Numbered from the stretch's first letter, positions 1 through 8,655 are shown. The stretch: 25,035 nucleotides of DNA from a virus (IMGVR_UViG_3300020042_007778:1-25035); one strand, 5' to 3'. The notes: generated by a model from the letters alone, not told the origin. Translations and numbers: made by a program.

Positions 1-1
1 A

Positions 2-277
2 GATCAGGTAAAATTGTTAAGGATATCTAATAGGATTATCGCTGCTTTTGACAACCCAAATTTCGATAAAGCAGGTAAAAAAGCCAGTGACGAACTTCGT
101 GTGCTGTCTCGTAAATACGGACTAAATGTTCTGTATTTTAATTACGGGCATAGCACTGCCAAAGATCCAGGAGATCTTGGCATCGAAGAACTGCTCTGGG
201 GTATAGCGTCAGCTAAACCATCAATACTTGGAGAATCGGCTTATGTTTACGGGAACACTCAAACCATATCAAGTTGA
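2..277 (+). CDS. DNA primase, C-terminal TOPRIM part (5'-truncated by window edge)
   Basis: Frame is open from position 2. It has TOPRIM-like 'IIAAFDNPNFDKAGKKAS' and 'KDPGDL' motifs and lies directly upstream of a helicase. Confidence 0.8.
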   Translation, partial: DQVKLLRISNRIIAAFDNPNFDKAGKKASDELRVLSRKYGLNVLYFNYGHSTAKDPGDLGIEELLWGIASAKPSILGESAYVYGNTQTISS

Positions 278-1793
278 AGCCGTTGAAAAAATGGTTGCTA
301 GTAAAAAGATACTAGTTGCGTATGAAATGGGTCTAGGTAAAACACCTATGACAATTGCCGCCATAGAAAAACTTAGCTCTAATCTAACTCTAATTGTTTG
401 TTTAGCCAGTTTAAAGTATCAATGGCAAAAAGAGATCACAAAGTTCTCCAATAAAAAAGCTCTTGTAATTGACGGAACAGTTGCTCAAAGAGCATCTCAG
501 TACAACTCAATGCTAGAGTACGACTACGTAATTATGAATTACGAACAAGTTGTAAACGACTGGGACCGTATTAAATCAGTTCCTTTTAATGCTATGGTGT
601 GTGATGAAGCCACTGCCATCAAAGGGTTTAGAGCCAAACGATCTAAAAAAATCAAAGACTTATCTAAAAATATTCCTATTAGGTTTGCTTTAACGGGAAC
701 TCCAATTGAGAATGGAAGACCTGAAGAGATGTACTCTATCATGCAGTTTGTAAATAAAGACATCTTAGGTAGGTTTGATATCTTTGATAAAACATTTATT
801 GTTAGAAACCGGTTCGGTGGCGTAGACCGTTATCGTAACTTAGAGCTGCTTCATGATACAGTTAAAAAAGCTACTGTTCGCAAATCTCAAAAAGATGAAG
901 ATGTAAAACCTTATCTACCAGATGCAGTGTATAGAGAACCTTTAACTGTAAAGCTTGATAGAGCTGCTCAAAGACTATACAATCACATATCTAAAGACAC
1001 AATCAACCTTTTGATAGAAGCTAGTGAAATATTTGGATCTAACTTTAATGTTGCTGCTCACTACGGTCAAATGTATGACCCAGGCGATCCAGCAAATGAA
1101 ATGCGTGGGCAAATAATGTCTAGGATTTCTGCACTAAGAATGCTTTGTTCTAATCCACAAAGCTTGATTACCAGTGCCGTCAATTTTGATCAGCACACAG
1201 GCAAAGGAAGCGCTTACGTACATTCATTAATGGATCAGTTAGAAGGGTTAAGTAAGAACAATAAACTAGATGCTACCCTAACCTACATCAAAGAACATCT
1301 AGATATAGACCCTTCTTATAAAGTAGTTGTGTTTTCTTCTTACCTAGACTCAGTAAACTTACTAGAAACTAATATAACTAAAAGTGGTGTGCAAGCCGTA
1401 AAATACACAGGAGAAATGAATGCCAAAGAAAAAGAAACAGCGAAAGAATCCTTTCAATCACACCCTGATATACGAGTCCTTATTAGCTCTGATGCTGGTG
1501 GTTACGGTGTTGATTTACCTCAAGCCAACCTCCTAGTAAACTACGATCAACCCTGGTCAGCAGGACTAGCAGTTCAAAGAAACGGAAGAATTCAACGCAC
1601 ATCTTCTAATTGGACAACGATCACAATTCAAGATATACTAGTAGAAGACTCTATCGAAGAACGTCAATACGATATGTTAAAACAAAAATCGAGTGTCGCT
1701 AATGCGGTTTTGGATGGAGTCGGTATAAACTCAAAAGGTGGAGTTGACTTAACCGTAGGTAGTCTGATAAACTTCTTAACTAACAATCTATAA
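243..1793 (+). CDS. SNF2-family (SF2) helicase/ATPase
   Basis: Motifs: Q-motif LKPYQ, Walker A 'EMGLGKT', Walker B 'CDEAT', motif III 'LTGTPIEN', motif V 'AGGYGVDL', motif VI 'QRNGRIQR'. ATG 243 is preferred over TTG 228 because GGAG lies upstream. Overlaps the primase 3' end. Confidence 0.93.
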   Translation: MFTGTLKPYQVEAVEKMVASKKILVAYEMGLGKTPMTIAAIEKLSSNLTLIVCLASLKYQWQKEITKFSNKKALVIDGTVAQRASQYNSMLEYDYVIMNYEQVVNDWDRIKSVPFNAMVCDEATAIKGFRAKRSKKIKDLSKNIPIRFALTGTPIENGRPEEMYSIMQFVNKDILGRFDIFDKTFIVRNRFGGVDRYRNLELLHDTVKKATVRKSQKDEDVKPYLPDAVYREPLTVKLDRAAQRLYNHISKDTINLLIEASEIFGSNFNVAAHYGQMYDPGDPANEMRGQIMSRISALRMLCSNPQSLITSAVNFDQHTGKGSAYVHSLMDQLEGLSKNNKLDATLTYIKEHLDIDPSYKVVVFSSYLDSVNLLETNITKSGVQAVKYTGEMNAKEKETAKESFQSHPDIRVLISSDAGGYGVDLPQANLLVNYDQPWSAGLAVQRNGRIQRTSSNWTTITIQDILVEDSIEERQYDMLKQKSSVANAVLDGVGINSKGGVDLTVGSLINFLTNNL

Positions 1794-1810
1794 CAAATAA
1801 GGAAAAAGAA

Positions 1811-2254
1811 ATGGCAAAAATTATTGAAGAAGAATCCCGTCTTCCACAAGACCCGGAAGACTTTCAAGCAAATGCACGTGAGTACGTACTTCTAAAGAAA
1901 ACCCTAGAGGGTCTAGAAGCTCGCCAAAAAGAATTGCGTGAGAAGTTATTCTCAAAGCTAGACCTAGAAGGTCAAGAAGACTCTTCTGGTAACGTGTTTA
2001 TTGAGTTGACTAATGAGATCGAAGGCGTTCGTGTTATTGAAAAGCAACGTCGTACTGCTCGTAAATTAGACGAAACTATTGCCGAAGCAATAATCATTGA
2101 AAAAGGTCTAGAAGACACCCTGTACAAAACTATTCGTGTTATTGACGAAGACGCTATTATGGCTGCCCACTACAATGACCAGCTAACTGAGGATGAGATC
2201 GATCAAATGTTCCCTTCTAAAGTTACTTGGGCTTTGATGACCAAAAAGAAGTAG
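1811..2254 (+). CDS. phage coiled-coil protein (possibly Gam/Gp157-like)
   Basis: AAGGA SD. N-terminal coiled coil 'EYVLLKKTLEGLEARQKELREKL' and a C-terminal beta-rich tail. Family assignment is tentative. Confidence 0.55.
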   Translation: MAKIIEEESRLPQDPEDFQANAREYVLLKKTLEGLEARQKELREKLFSKLDLEGQEDSSGNVFIELTNEIEGVRVIEKQRRTARKLDETIAEAIIIEKGLEDTLYKTIRVIDEDAIMAAHYNDQLTEDEIDQMFPSKVTWALMTKKK

Positions 2255-2261
2255 CCAACCT

Positions 2262-2735
2262 ATGTCAGGCATACGTAGTGAAGAAGAACTCTTAAAAGGA
2301 TTTGAGGGTCTTGATCTCGTACCTGGATCTAAAAAAACACGCCGTCCAGCTTCAACTGAAGCAGGTAAAAAGCGTGGTAAGCTTTCTGGTGAGTCAAATG
2401 GTTGGGATGAAAATCCTACCATTAAACTCCTGAAAGGAATAGAGACCGAAGTGTTTCCTATAAGTGCGTTAGCAAAAGCGCTTGATAAACAAATCGTAAC
2501 TATTCGCCTATGGGAAAAGAAAGGGTACATCCCAATTGCCCCATATCGTTTACGCTCTAAAAGTCTCAAGGGGAATAAAGTAATGGGTAATCGTGTTTAC
2601 ACACGTGTGCTTATTGAAATTACTATTGAGGAATTTGAAAAGCGTGGACTACTAGGCTCTGCTCGTGTAGAGTGGAGTTTGCATCCGGACCTTACTGACG
2701 TACTTGTCAAAAGGTGGAAAGATGTGCTACAATAA
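2262..2735 (+). CDS. MerR-like helix-turn-helix DNA-binding protein
   Basis: 'ISALAKALDKQIVTIRLWEKKGYIP...GNRVYT' matches the MerR HTH/wing pattern (TIRxWExxG, R-x-Y). Confidence 0.75.
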   Translation: MSGIRSEEELLKGFEGLDLVPGSKKTRRPASTEAGKKRGKLSGESNGWDENPTIKLLKGIETEVFPISALAKALDKQIVTIRLWEKKGYIPIAPYRLRSKSLKGNKVMGNRVYTRVLIEITIEEFEKRGLLGSARVEWSLHPDLTDVLVKRWKDVLQ

Positions 2736-2736
2736 T

Positions 2737-2790
2737 AACTGAGAGTCAAATGACCTCATTACCAACCGAGACCGCAAGGCTCACTACCAA
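2737..2790 (+). promoter_or_regulatory. tandem bulged-A hairpin repeat in SSB leader
   Basis: Two units of AACYGAGA-[stem-loop]-CTCAYTACCAA lie immediately upstream of the TAAGGAG SD. Confidence 0.65.
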
Positions 2791-2806
2791 TAAGGAGATA
2801 GTCAAT

Positions 2807-3460
2807 ATGGCTATTGAAAACCCACAAATGGATGCAGACTTCTATCTAGAAGATTCAGAAGATGCACCAGCAAAGCACGGCACTACCGTCCAATCAGGAT
2901 GGGCAGCTGCTGAAGGATTGCTAAAGCCAAAGCGTGCTAACGGCAATTACCCAACCGAGTTCCGTTTTAGTGAGGAACTACAGCTCGTTCGTTTCTTGGA
3001 CGACGAACCATACATGGTTTACCAGCTACACTGGATTGATCGTTCTGAGGGCAAGAAGTCTTTTGTTTGTCTAGGTGACGAGTGTCCACTATGTACTATG
3101 CTTGGTGATAAGCCAAAGCCAAAGTTTGCATTTAACGTTCTTGTCCTTAGTGACGAGCAGCCTAACGTGCAAATCCTAACTGCTACAACTCCTCTAGCTC
3201 GCCAGTTGCAAGCTGCTAATAACCACCCTGTACGTGGTCCACTTAGCAAGTACTACTGGACCCTTGGTCGTCAGGGCACAGGCGCTTCTACACAGTACTC
3301 CCTAGAACGTGTAAAAGCTGCTGACCTTGCTGAAGAGTGGGATCTAGATCCAGAGAACGTTGAAGCCATTGCTTCATCGGCAGTTATGTACGGTCAAGAA
3401 GCTGTATATATCACCCCACGCGCTGAATTAATTCAGGTCGCTCGTTCTCTATTGAACTAA
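2807..3460 (+). CDS. single-stranded DNA-binding protein, T4 gp32-like
   Basis: 'LVRFL...HW...FVCLGDECPLC...FAFNV...GTGASTQY' gives the H-C-CxxC zinc site and OB-fold pattern of gp32-like SSBs. Strong SD TAAGGAG precedes ATG 2807. Confidence 0.78.
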   Translation: MAIENPQMDADFYLEDSEDAPAKHGTTVQSGWAAAEGLLKPKRANGNYPTEFRFSEELQLVRFLDDEPYMVYQLHWIDRSEGKKSFVCLGDECPLCTMLGDKPKPKFAFNVLVLSDEQPNVQILTATTPLARQLQAANNHPVRGPLSKYYWTLGRQGTGASTQYSLERVKAADLAEEWDLDPENVEAIASSAVMYGQEAVYITPRAELIQVARSLLN

Positions 3461-3472
3461 CCCACAAACCAG

Positions 3473-3554
3473 GTAGTTTAAGGATTCTTCCTTTCTTGCC
3501 TTAAACTACTACCTCCGATGGGGGCTAAAGCGAATTGCTCCTTTAGCCCCCATC
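3473..3554. other. two adjacent perfect hairpins (11 bp and 14 bp stems) between SSB and DNA polymerase
   Basis: GTAGTTTAAGG(3473-3483) pairs with CCTTAAACTAC(3499-3509). GATGGGGGCTAAAG(3517-3530) pairs with CTTTAGCCCCCATC(3541-3554). No strong U-tract. Could be a terminator, processing site or sRNA. Confidence 0.7.
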
Positions 3555-3572
3555 ACTTATTCCTAGGGACCT

Positions 3573-5570
3573 ATGAACATTATTACCACTAAAGACCAGC
3601 TTCAAGAGTTTGTTACCTACTATATGGGCGTAGACGCCTTTGCCTTCGATATAGAGACCATTGGCGAACACAGGCTACACACAGTCATAAATGACGTTTG
3701 CTGGCTCTCATTCGCCACTGAAGGGCGTGTTGATGTCATTCCTATGGGTCACCCTAATGGTGATCTGATTGACTACACTAAACCACTACTTTTATCAGGA
3801 GAAAAGCGCCTAGCTGCAGGCAAGCCACTCCTTGACTCCAGCTACTCATCTGATGAACGTAAATGGATTCCTAACTTTACTGAGCCACCTGAGCAGCTAA
3901 CTCGTGGAGAAGTGTTTGCTGCAATTAAACCTCTAATGTTTAGTGACAAGTTAAAGATTGGTCACAACATTAAGTTTGACTTAAAATCTGTTGCTAAATA
4001 CTTTGGTGGCAAAGTCCCATCTAAACCTTACTTCGATACTCTAATGGCTACGTTTGTAATTGATAGCCAGGAAAAAGATTTAGGGTTAGCTGCTTGTGTT
4101 AAGCGTGAAGTTGGCGTGGAAGTAGAAAAGGGTGTCGGAACAAATATTTCGCTCCACTCTTTTGAGGCAGTAGCCAAGTATTCTGGTATTGATGCTGAAG
4201 TAACCTGGGCACTTTACAAAGTATTAAACGCAAAACTTGATGATAAGTTACAGCGTGTCTGGCGTTTAGAGATGGATGTACTGTCTGCCTTGTGTGATAT
4301 GGAGCTTACTGGAGCGTATATTGATCAAGATGCATTAGCAGTACTCGCCGAAGAAATAGAAAAAGGTAAACAAGAAGCAGAAGCACTTTGCTATAAGTTA
4401 GCAGGTAAATCTTTTTCTATTAACTCCGTACAAGCAAAGCAAAAACTTTTGTTTGGATCAATTGATGGTGCAAAACCTCGCCTAAAACCTAACGCATCAT
4501 TTAAAGCGGGACTAACTCCTAAAGGTCGTGACGCTCATAAAGCAGGGGTAGAACTTACTGAGGTTCACTACTCTGTAAGTGCTGATGCTCTAGAAAACCT
4601 CCGTGGTAAAGACACACTTGTAGACGCTTTGCTTCAATACCAAGACCTTAATAAGCTAATGACTACATACGTAACTCCTTACACAGGAGGAGAAGTAAAA
4701 CGTACCACTAATGGTAAAGAAAAGATTACAGAACGTGAGAGTCTTCTAGTTAATGGTCGTGTTCACACTAACTTTAAATCACACGGAGCAGAAACAGGTC
4801 GTTTTTCTTCAAGCGAGCCTAATCTACAAAACATCCCGTCTTCAGGTGAGTATGGCAAAATGATTCGTAACTTGTTTGTTGCTCCACCTGGACACAAGCT
4901 GGTAATAGCGGACTACTCTCAGATAGAACCTCGCATTATTGCCGCATTTAGTCAAGACCCTATTCTTATGCAGAACTACTTAGAAGGTGGAGACATCTAT
5001 ACTACTATTGGTGATACCATGGGAGTAGACCGTAAAGCTGGAAAAGTTCTTGTTCTAGCTATCTCTTATGGTGTAGGACCTGACAAGATTGCAGCGTCTA
5101 TTGGCTGTGGTGTAAATGAAGCAAAGAAACTACTACGTGATTTTGAAGCTAAGTTTTCAAGTATTCCAAGGTACAAAGGTCGTGTTGTACGTAAAGCAAA
5201 AGAAATTCAGCCAGTGCCTTATGTAGAAACATTGTTTGGTCGCCGTCGCTACTTGCCAGATCTTAATCACCAAGAGTTTGGTCTTAAATCAAGGGCAGAA
5301 CGCCAAGCTTTTAATACCAAGATCCAGGGCAGTGCTGCTGACTTGATGAAGCTAGCTCTTATCAGGGCGCACTCTTGTTTTATCAATGCGCCAGAAACAA
5401 ACGTTATTTTGACAGTTCACGATGAACTTGTTACAATTACACCAGAAGAGTTTGCTGATGAAACAGCTGAAGCAATCCGTATTTCTATGGAAGGCATAAA
5501 CATCAAACAACTAACAGTCCCACTAATTGCTGATGTCAAAATAGTAGATAAGTGGGGAGAGGCTAAATAA
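3573..5570 (+). CDS. polA: DNA polymerase family A (3'-5' exonuclease + polymerase, no 5'-3' exonuclease)
   Basis: ExoI 'FDIET', ExoII 'HNIKFD', ExoIII 'YSGIDA', 'ETGRFSSSEPNLQNIP', motif A 'ADYSQIEPR', motif B 'RKAGKVLVLAISYG', motif C 'TVHDE'. Confidence 0.97.
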   Translation: MNIITTKDQLQEFVTYYMGVDAFAFDIETIGEHRLHTVINDVCWLSFATEGRVDVIPMGHPNGDLIDYTKPLLLSGEKRLAAGKPLLDSSYSSDERKWIPNFTEPPEQLTRGEVFAAIKPLMFSDKLKIGHNIKFDLKSVAKYFGGKVPSKPYFDTLMATFVIDSQEKDLGLAACVKREVGVEVEKGVGTNISLHSFEAVAKYSGIDAEVTWALYKVLNAKLDDKLQRVWRLEMDVLSALCDMELTGAYIDQDALAVLAEEIEKGKQEAEALCYKLAGKSFSINSVQAKQKLLFGSIDGAKPRLKPNASFKAGLTPKGRDAHKAGVELTEVHYSVSADALENLRGKDTLVDALLQYQDLNKLMTTYVTPYTGGEVKRTTNGKEKITERESLLVNGRVHTNFKSHGAETGRFSSSEPNLQNIPSSGEYGKMIRNLFVAPPGHKLVIADYSQIEPRIIAAFSQDPILMQNYLEGGDIYTTIGDTMGVDRKAGKVLVLAISYGVGPDKIAASIGCGVNEAKKLLRDFEAKFSSIPRYKGRVVRKAKEIQPVPYVETLFGRRRYLPDLNHQEFGLKSRAERQAFNTKIQGSAADLMKLALIRAHSCFINAPETNVILTVHDELVTITPEEFADETAEAIRISMEGINIKQLTVPLIADVKIVDKWGEAK

Positions 5571-5704
5571 TGAACGAAGTGTTTATATGCACTGCCTGCT
5601 ATCAAACCTACGGAGAAGACGACGGGGCAGACTACTGCAATATTTGTGAGTCATACAAGTATTTTGCCTGGGTAGAGGCAGGTACTGATAATGAAGATTT
5701 TTAA
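5570..5704 (+). CDS. 44-aa acidic CxxC-CxxC zinc-finger microprotein (not in ORF track)
   Basis: TAATG coupling to the polA stop. Translates as MNEVFICTACYQTYGEDDGADYCNICESYKYFAWVEAGTDNEDF and fills the gap to the next gene. Confidence 0.7.
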   Translation: MNEVFICTACYQTYGEDDGADYCNICESYKYFAWVEAGTDNEDF

Positions 5705-6107
5705 AAAGAAAAAGAAAGCCCATGTACCCCCTATGGCAGAAATAAATAATAGGATTCGTGGATTTATTATGGACTCTCAGATACAGAATAGCCATGAGAT
5801 TGCCTATATCCTAGGTCTTCCAGCAATTAGTGATGAGATTGCAGAAAAAGAAGAACAAGTTAGTGATGATCGTGTAGAACGCATAGAATACTTAATACCT
5901 ATTCTTTATGCACACGCTCACACTTTAGCTGAAGCATCGATTGAATATCAAAAATCAAATATAGAAGATCTAGACGGTCTTCCAAAAGAAATGTGGGTCT
6001 TTGGACGTAAACTGCTAGAACAGGTTTCACTATCAGCACTAATCGGTTCAACCTCACAACTAATAGACATGGGACTACTAACAATCCCAAAAAGGATAAA
6101 AAAATGA
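5691..6107 (+). CDS. hypothetical protein
   Basis: 138-aa ORF overlapping both neighbours, as in an operon. Confidence 0.75.
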   Translation: MKIFKKKKKAHVPPMAEINNRIRGFIMDSQIQNSHEIAYILGLPAISDEIAEKEEQVSDDRVERIEYLIPILYAHAHTLAEASIEYQKSNIEDLDGLPKEMWVFGRKLLEQVSLSALIGSTSQLIDMGLLTIPKRIKK

Positions 6108-6292
6108 ACACAAGTCAACCCGCCTCTATGACAGATATTGCTTTTGATACAGGAGCTATCGCAGAGCGTACCCGGATTATCAATTTATTACTTGATCTTG
6201 ATGTTATTAGGCGTTGCGGAGCAACAGACAAACTTGTTGCTTTTGACACTAATGGCGAAAAGGTCGTTTACTTGACTGGATTGGAAAACTAA
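6104..6292 (+). CDS. hypothetical protein
   Basis: 62 aa, AAGGA SD, stop coupled to the next start (TAATG). Confidence 0.7.
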   Translation: MNTSQPASMTDIAFDTGAIAERTRIINLLLDLDVIRRCGATDKLVAFDTNGEKVVYLTGLEN

Positions 6293-6693
6293 TGAATAAC
6301 GCAGATTGGTGGGCAAAAAAACTAGGTAACAACCCACAGCTACCACAGGGTCGTCCAGATCCTACACCGCAGATGCCACCTAGTCAACAACCTATGGCTC
6401 CGATGCCTTCCTTTCAACAGCCGCAAAATGACCTTGCAAGGCTTGCTCCGTCCTCTCAAAGCACTGCTTCGTGTCCTGACTGCGGGTCGGGCAACTTTAT
6501 GGCTCCTACGGCGCAAATCGCGCCACGGTGTTATGATTGCGGGTATCCCGTACAGCAGTCCGGTGGGCGTTATGGGTCGCTTGCGGGTGCTCGTGTTGAA
6601 GGCTCGGTACAACAAGCAACAGGAAATAGTAGCACTAGCGGATTTAGCCCAGTCCCAGATGGCTACGGAGCCAACGGACAGAAGTTAGGTTAA
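6292..6693 (+). CDS. Pro/Gln-rich zinc-ribbon protein
   Basis: 'CPDCGSGNF...RCYDCGYP' with a P/Q-rich N-terminal region. Coupled start. Confidence 0.8.
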   Translation: MNNADWWAKKLGNNPQLPQGRPDPTPQMPPSQQPMAPMPSFQQPQNDLARLAPSSQSTASCPDCGSGNFMAPTAQIAPRCYDCGYPVQQSGGRYGSLAGARVEGSVQQATGNSSTSGFSPVPDGYGANGQKLG

Positions 6694-6695
6694 TC

Positions 6696-6872
6696 ATGAA
6701 CTCTGAACAAGTACGCGATTTGGTGTTTCTAGAGATACGTGCTAAACTAGGTCAAGCACTACTGGAACAAAATGTTATCGAAACCTCTGACGGATCATTA
6801 GGTTGGTGGAAAGATGACTTTACTTTTGTTTCTTTCTATGAAGTATTGGAGTCTATTCGTGATCAACGCTGA
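6696..6872 (+). CDS. 58-aa hypothetical protein (not in ORF track)
   Basis: MNSEQVRDLVFLEIRAKLGQALLEQNVIETSDGSLGWWKDDFTFVSFYEVLESIRDQR fills the gap and overlaps the recA start. Confidence 0.65.
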   Translation: MNSEQVRDLVFLEIRAKLGQALLEQNVIETSDGSLGWWKDDFTFVSFYEVLESIRDQR

Positions 6873-7905
6873 TGTATTAAAGATTATAAACTCACTAAAT
6901 AAAAAATACGGAGAAAATACAATTGTAGTAGGAGACAGCATAAAGAATGACCTCATTCAACGTATTACTACTGGCTCAACTACTTTTGACTACGTTTTGG
7001 GTGGTGGGTTTCCTGCTAATCAATGGAACGAACTCATCGGCGAACCGTCGCACGGTAAAACAGCAATCGCTCTCAAAACCATTGCCGCCAATCAAGCATT
7101 AAATCCCGATCATTTAACTGTGTGGGTAGCTGCAGAACAGTGGGTACCTGAATACGCTCAAATGTGTGGCGTTGATTCTAGCCGTGTAATTGTTATCGAA
7201 ACAAATGTTATGGAAGAAGCTTACCAGGCAGTAATTGAGTTTGCAGAGACCAAAGGCGTAGACGCTATTGTAATAGATTCCCTTCCAGCACTTAGCCCCA
7301 TGCCTGAACTAGAAAAAAACATGGATGAGCTAACGGTTGGTAAGGGCGCCCTTTTAACCAACAAGTTCTTTCGTGTAGTAGGTCAGGCAATGAAACGTAG
7401 CTTGGTGGAAGATGAACGCCCAATTCTAGGGTTAATTATTAACCAGTATCGTATGAAGATCGGTGTAATGCACGGAGACCCTCGTACAACCCCTGGAGGT
7501 GAGGGTAAGAATTACGCTTTCTTTACTCGTGCTGAAGTTCGTCGTGATGAGTGGATTGAATCAGGAACCGGTACAAATAAAGTACGTGTAGGACAGCGCA
7601 TTAAGATCCGTGTTATAAAGAATAAAACTGCTCCACCACAGCGTATTGCGTACATTGACTATTACTTTGCACCACACTCTATCTATCAAGCCGGTGACTA
7701 TGACACCGCTAAAGAAGTTGCTGCTATGTCAATTGTTATGGAAATTGTTGATCGTCGTGGTGGATGGATTTACTTGGGTGAACGCAAATGGCAAGGTCAA
7801 GAAGCTTTTGCAAATTCTATCCGTGAAGAAGTAGCCCTCTATGAAGAGCTGCGTTCTAAAGTGTTGTCTGCAACTACCTCATTTACAGGAGAAGAGAATG
7901 AGTAG
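6859..7905 (+). CDS. recA: RecA-like recombinase
   Basis: 'TTGSTTFDYVLGGGFP', Walker A 'GEPSHGKT', Walker B 'IVIDSLPAL', 'INQYRMKIGVMHGDPRTTPGG', 'KNKTAPP'. GTG 6859 has a GGAG SD and is preferred over 6814. Confidence 0.95.
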   Translation: MINADVLKIINSLNKKYGENTIVVGDSIKNDLIQRITTGSTTFDYVLGGGFPANQWNELIGEPSHGKTAIALKTIAANQALNPDHLTVWVAAEQWVPEYAQMCGVDSSRVIVIETNVMEEAYQAVIEFAETKGVDAIVIDSLPALSPMPELEKNMDELTVGKGALLTNKFFRVVGQAMKRSLVEDERPILGLIINQYRMKIGVMHGDPRTTPGGEGKNYAFFTRAEVRRDEWIESGTGTNKVRVGQRIKIRVIKNKTAPPQRIAYIDYYFAPHSIYQAGDYDTAKEVAAMSIVMEIVDRRGGWIYLGERKWQGQEAFANSIREEVALYEELRSKVLSATTSFTGEENE

Positions 7906-8092
7906 TTCTATTTGGTCTTCCCTTAGCATCTTAGATGACTACAGTTTGGCAGTTGAAACTCAAGAACGCAACAGGGTTATTGCTTTTATTAATTCAATTG
8001 TAATGGACCTAGAAAAGTTTGATGATCCTGCTGAAGATTTAAAAGCCATTGTAAGGATACTAGAATCAGAGGAGTGGGCACTTGGAGAATGA
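7898..8092 (+). CDS. hypothetical protein
   Basis: ATG 7898 follows AGGAG and overlaps the recA stop. 64 aa. Confidence 0.7.
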   Translation: MSSSIWSSLSILDDYSLAVETQERNRVIAFINSIVMDLEKFDDPAEDLKAIVRILESEEWALGE

Positions 8093-8357
8093 TGACTTTA
8101 GTATCGTAGACTTTACCTGGTCACAAGAACTAGAAAACGAGTTTACTGAATACATATCAAATTGCGAATCTTTAATTGACGCTGACTATTATGTAGGCAC
8201 AGACCTAGAAGTTAAGAATGAGTTTGAAACTTTATCCGGTCAACCTTTTTGTGGGTGTGAAACCTGTTATGTACGTGAACAGCTATGGTTTTTAGTTCCA
8301 CGTATAATTGACGGATATAAAAAAGGAAAGGTAATAGTTCCAGAAGATGAAGAGTGA
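8082..8357 (+). CDS. acidic hypothetical protein with CxCxxC motif
   Basis: TTG start after GAGGAG. Contains 'PFCGCETC'. Confidence 0.7.
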   Translation: MENDDFSIVDFTWSQELENEFTEYISNCESLIDADYYVGTDLEVKNEFETLSGQPFCGCETCYVREQLWFLVPRIIDGYKKGKVIVPEDEE

Positions 8358-8655
8358 AGGTCAAAAGCAATCTCAAAAGCATGAAAAAAGACTTGCTAAA
8401 GCAATCGGAGGATCTACCACAGCTGCTTCAGGAGCATTTTGGTCACGTAAAGGCGATGTTCGTAGCGACAGTTTACTAATTGAACACAAGTGGACAGGTA
8501 AAAAGTCTAAGACACTTTCATCAGCGGAGTTGAAAAAAATTGTTAATGAAGCTATAATGGATGGACGCTTACCAGTATTTGGAATCCACTTAGACGGACA
8601 AGACTACGTAATTCTTTTAGAAACAGACTTTTTAGAGTTATGGAACAGTAAGTAA
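8347..8655 (+). CDS. Holliday junction resolvase, Hjc-like PD-(D/E)xK nuclease
   Basis: 'HEKRLAK...KGDV...LIEHK' gives the E...D...ExK catalytic pattern in a 102-aa protein. Confidence 0.78.
   Translation: MKSEGQKQSQKHEKRLAKAIGGSTTAASGAFWSRKGDVRSDSLLIEHKWTGKKSKTLSSAELKKIVNEAIMDGRLPVFGIHLDGQDYVILLETDFLELWNSK

Noticed and set aside
3461-3572. tRNA gene in the structured intergenic region
   Set aside because: It has two simple hairpins, with no cloverleaf, T-loop GTTCRA or CCA end.
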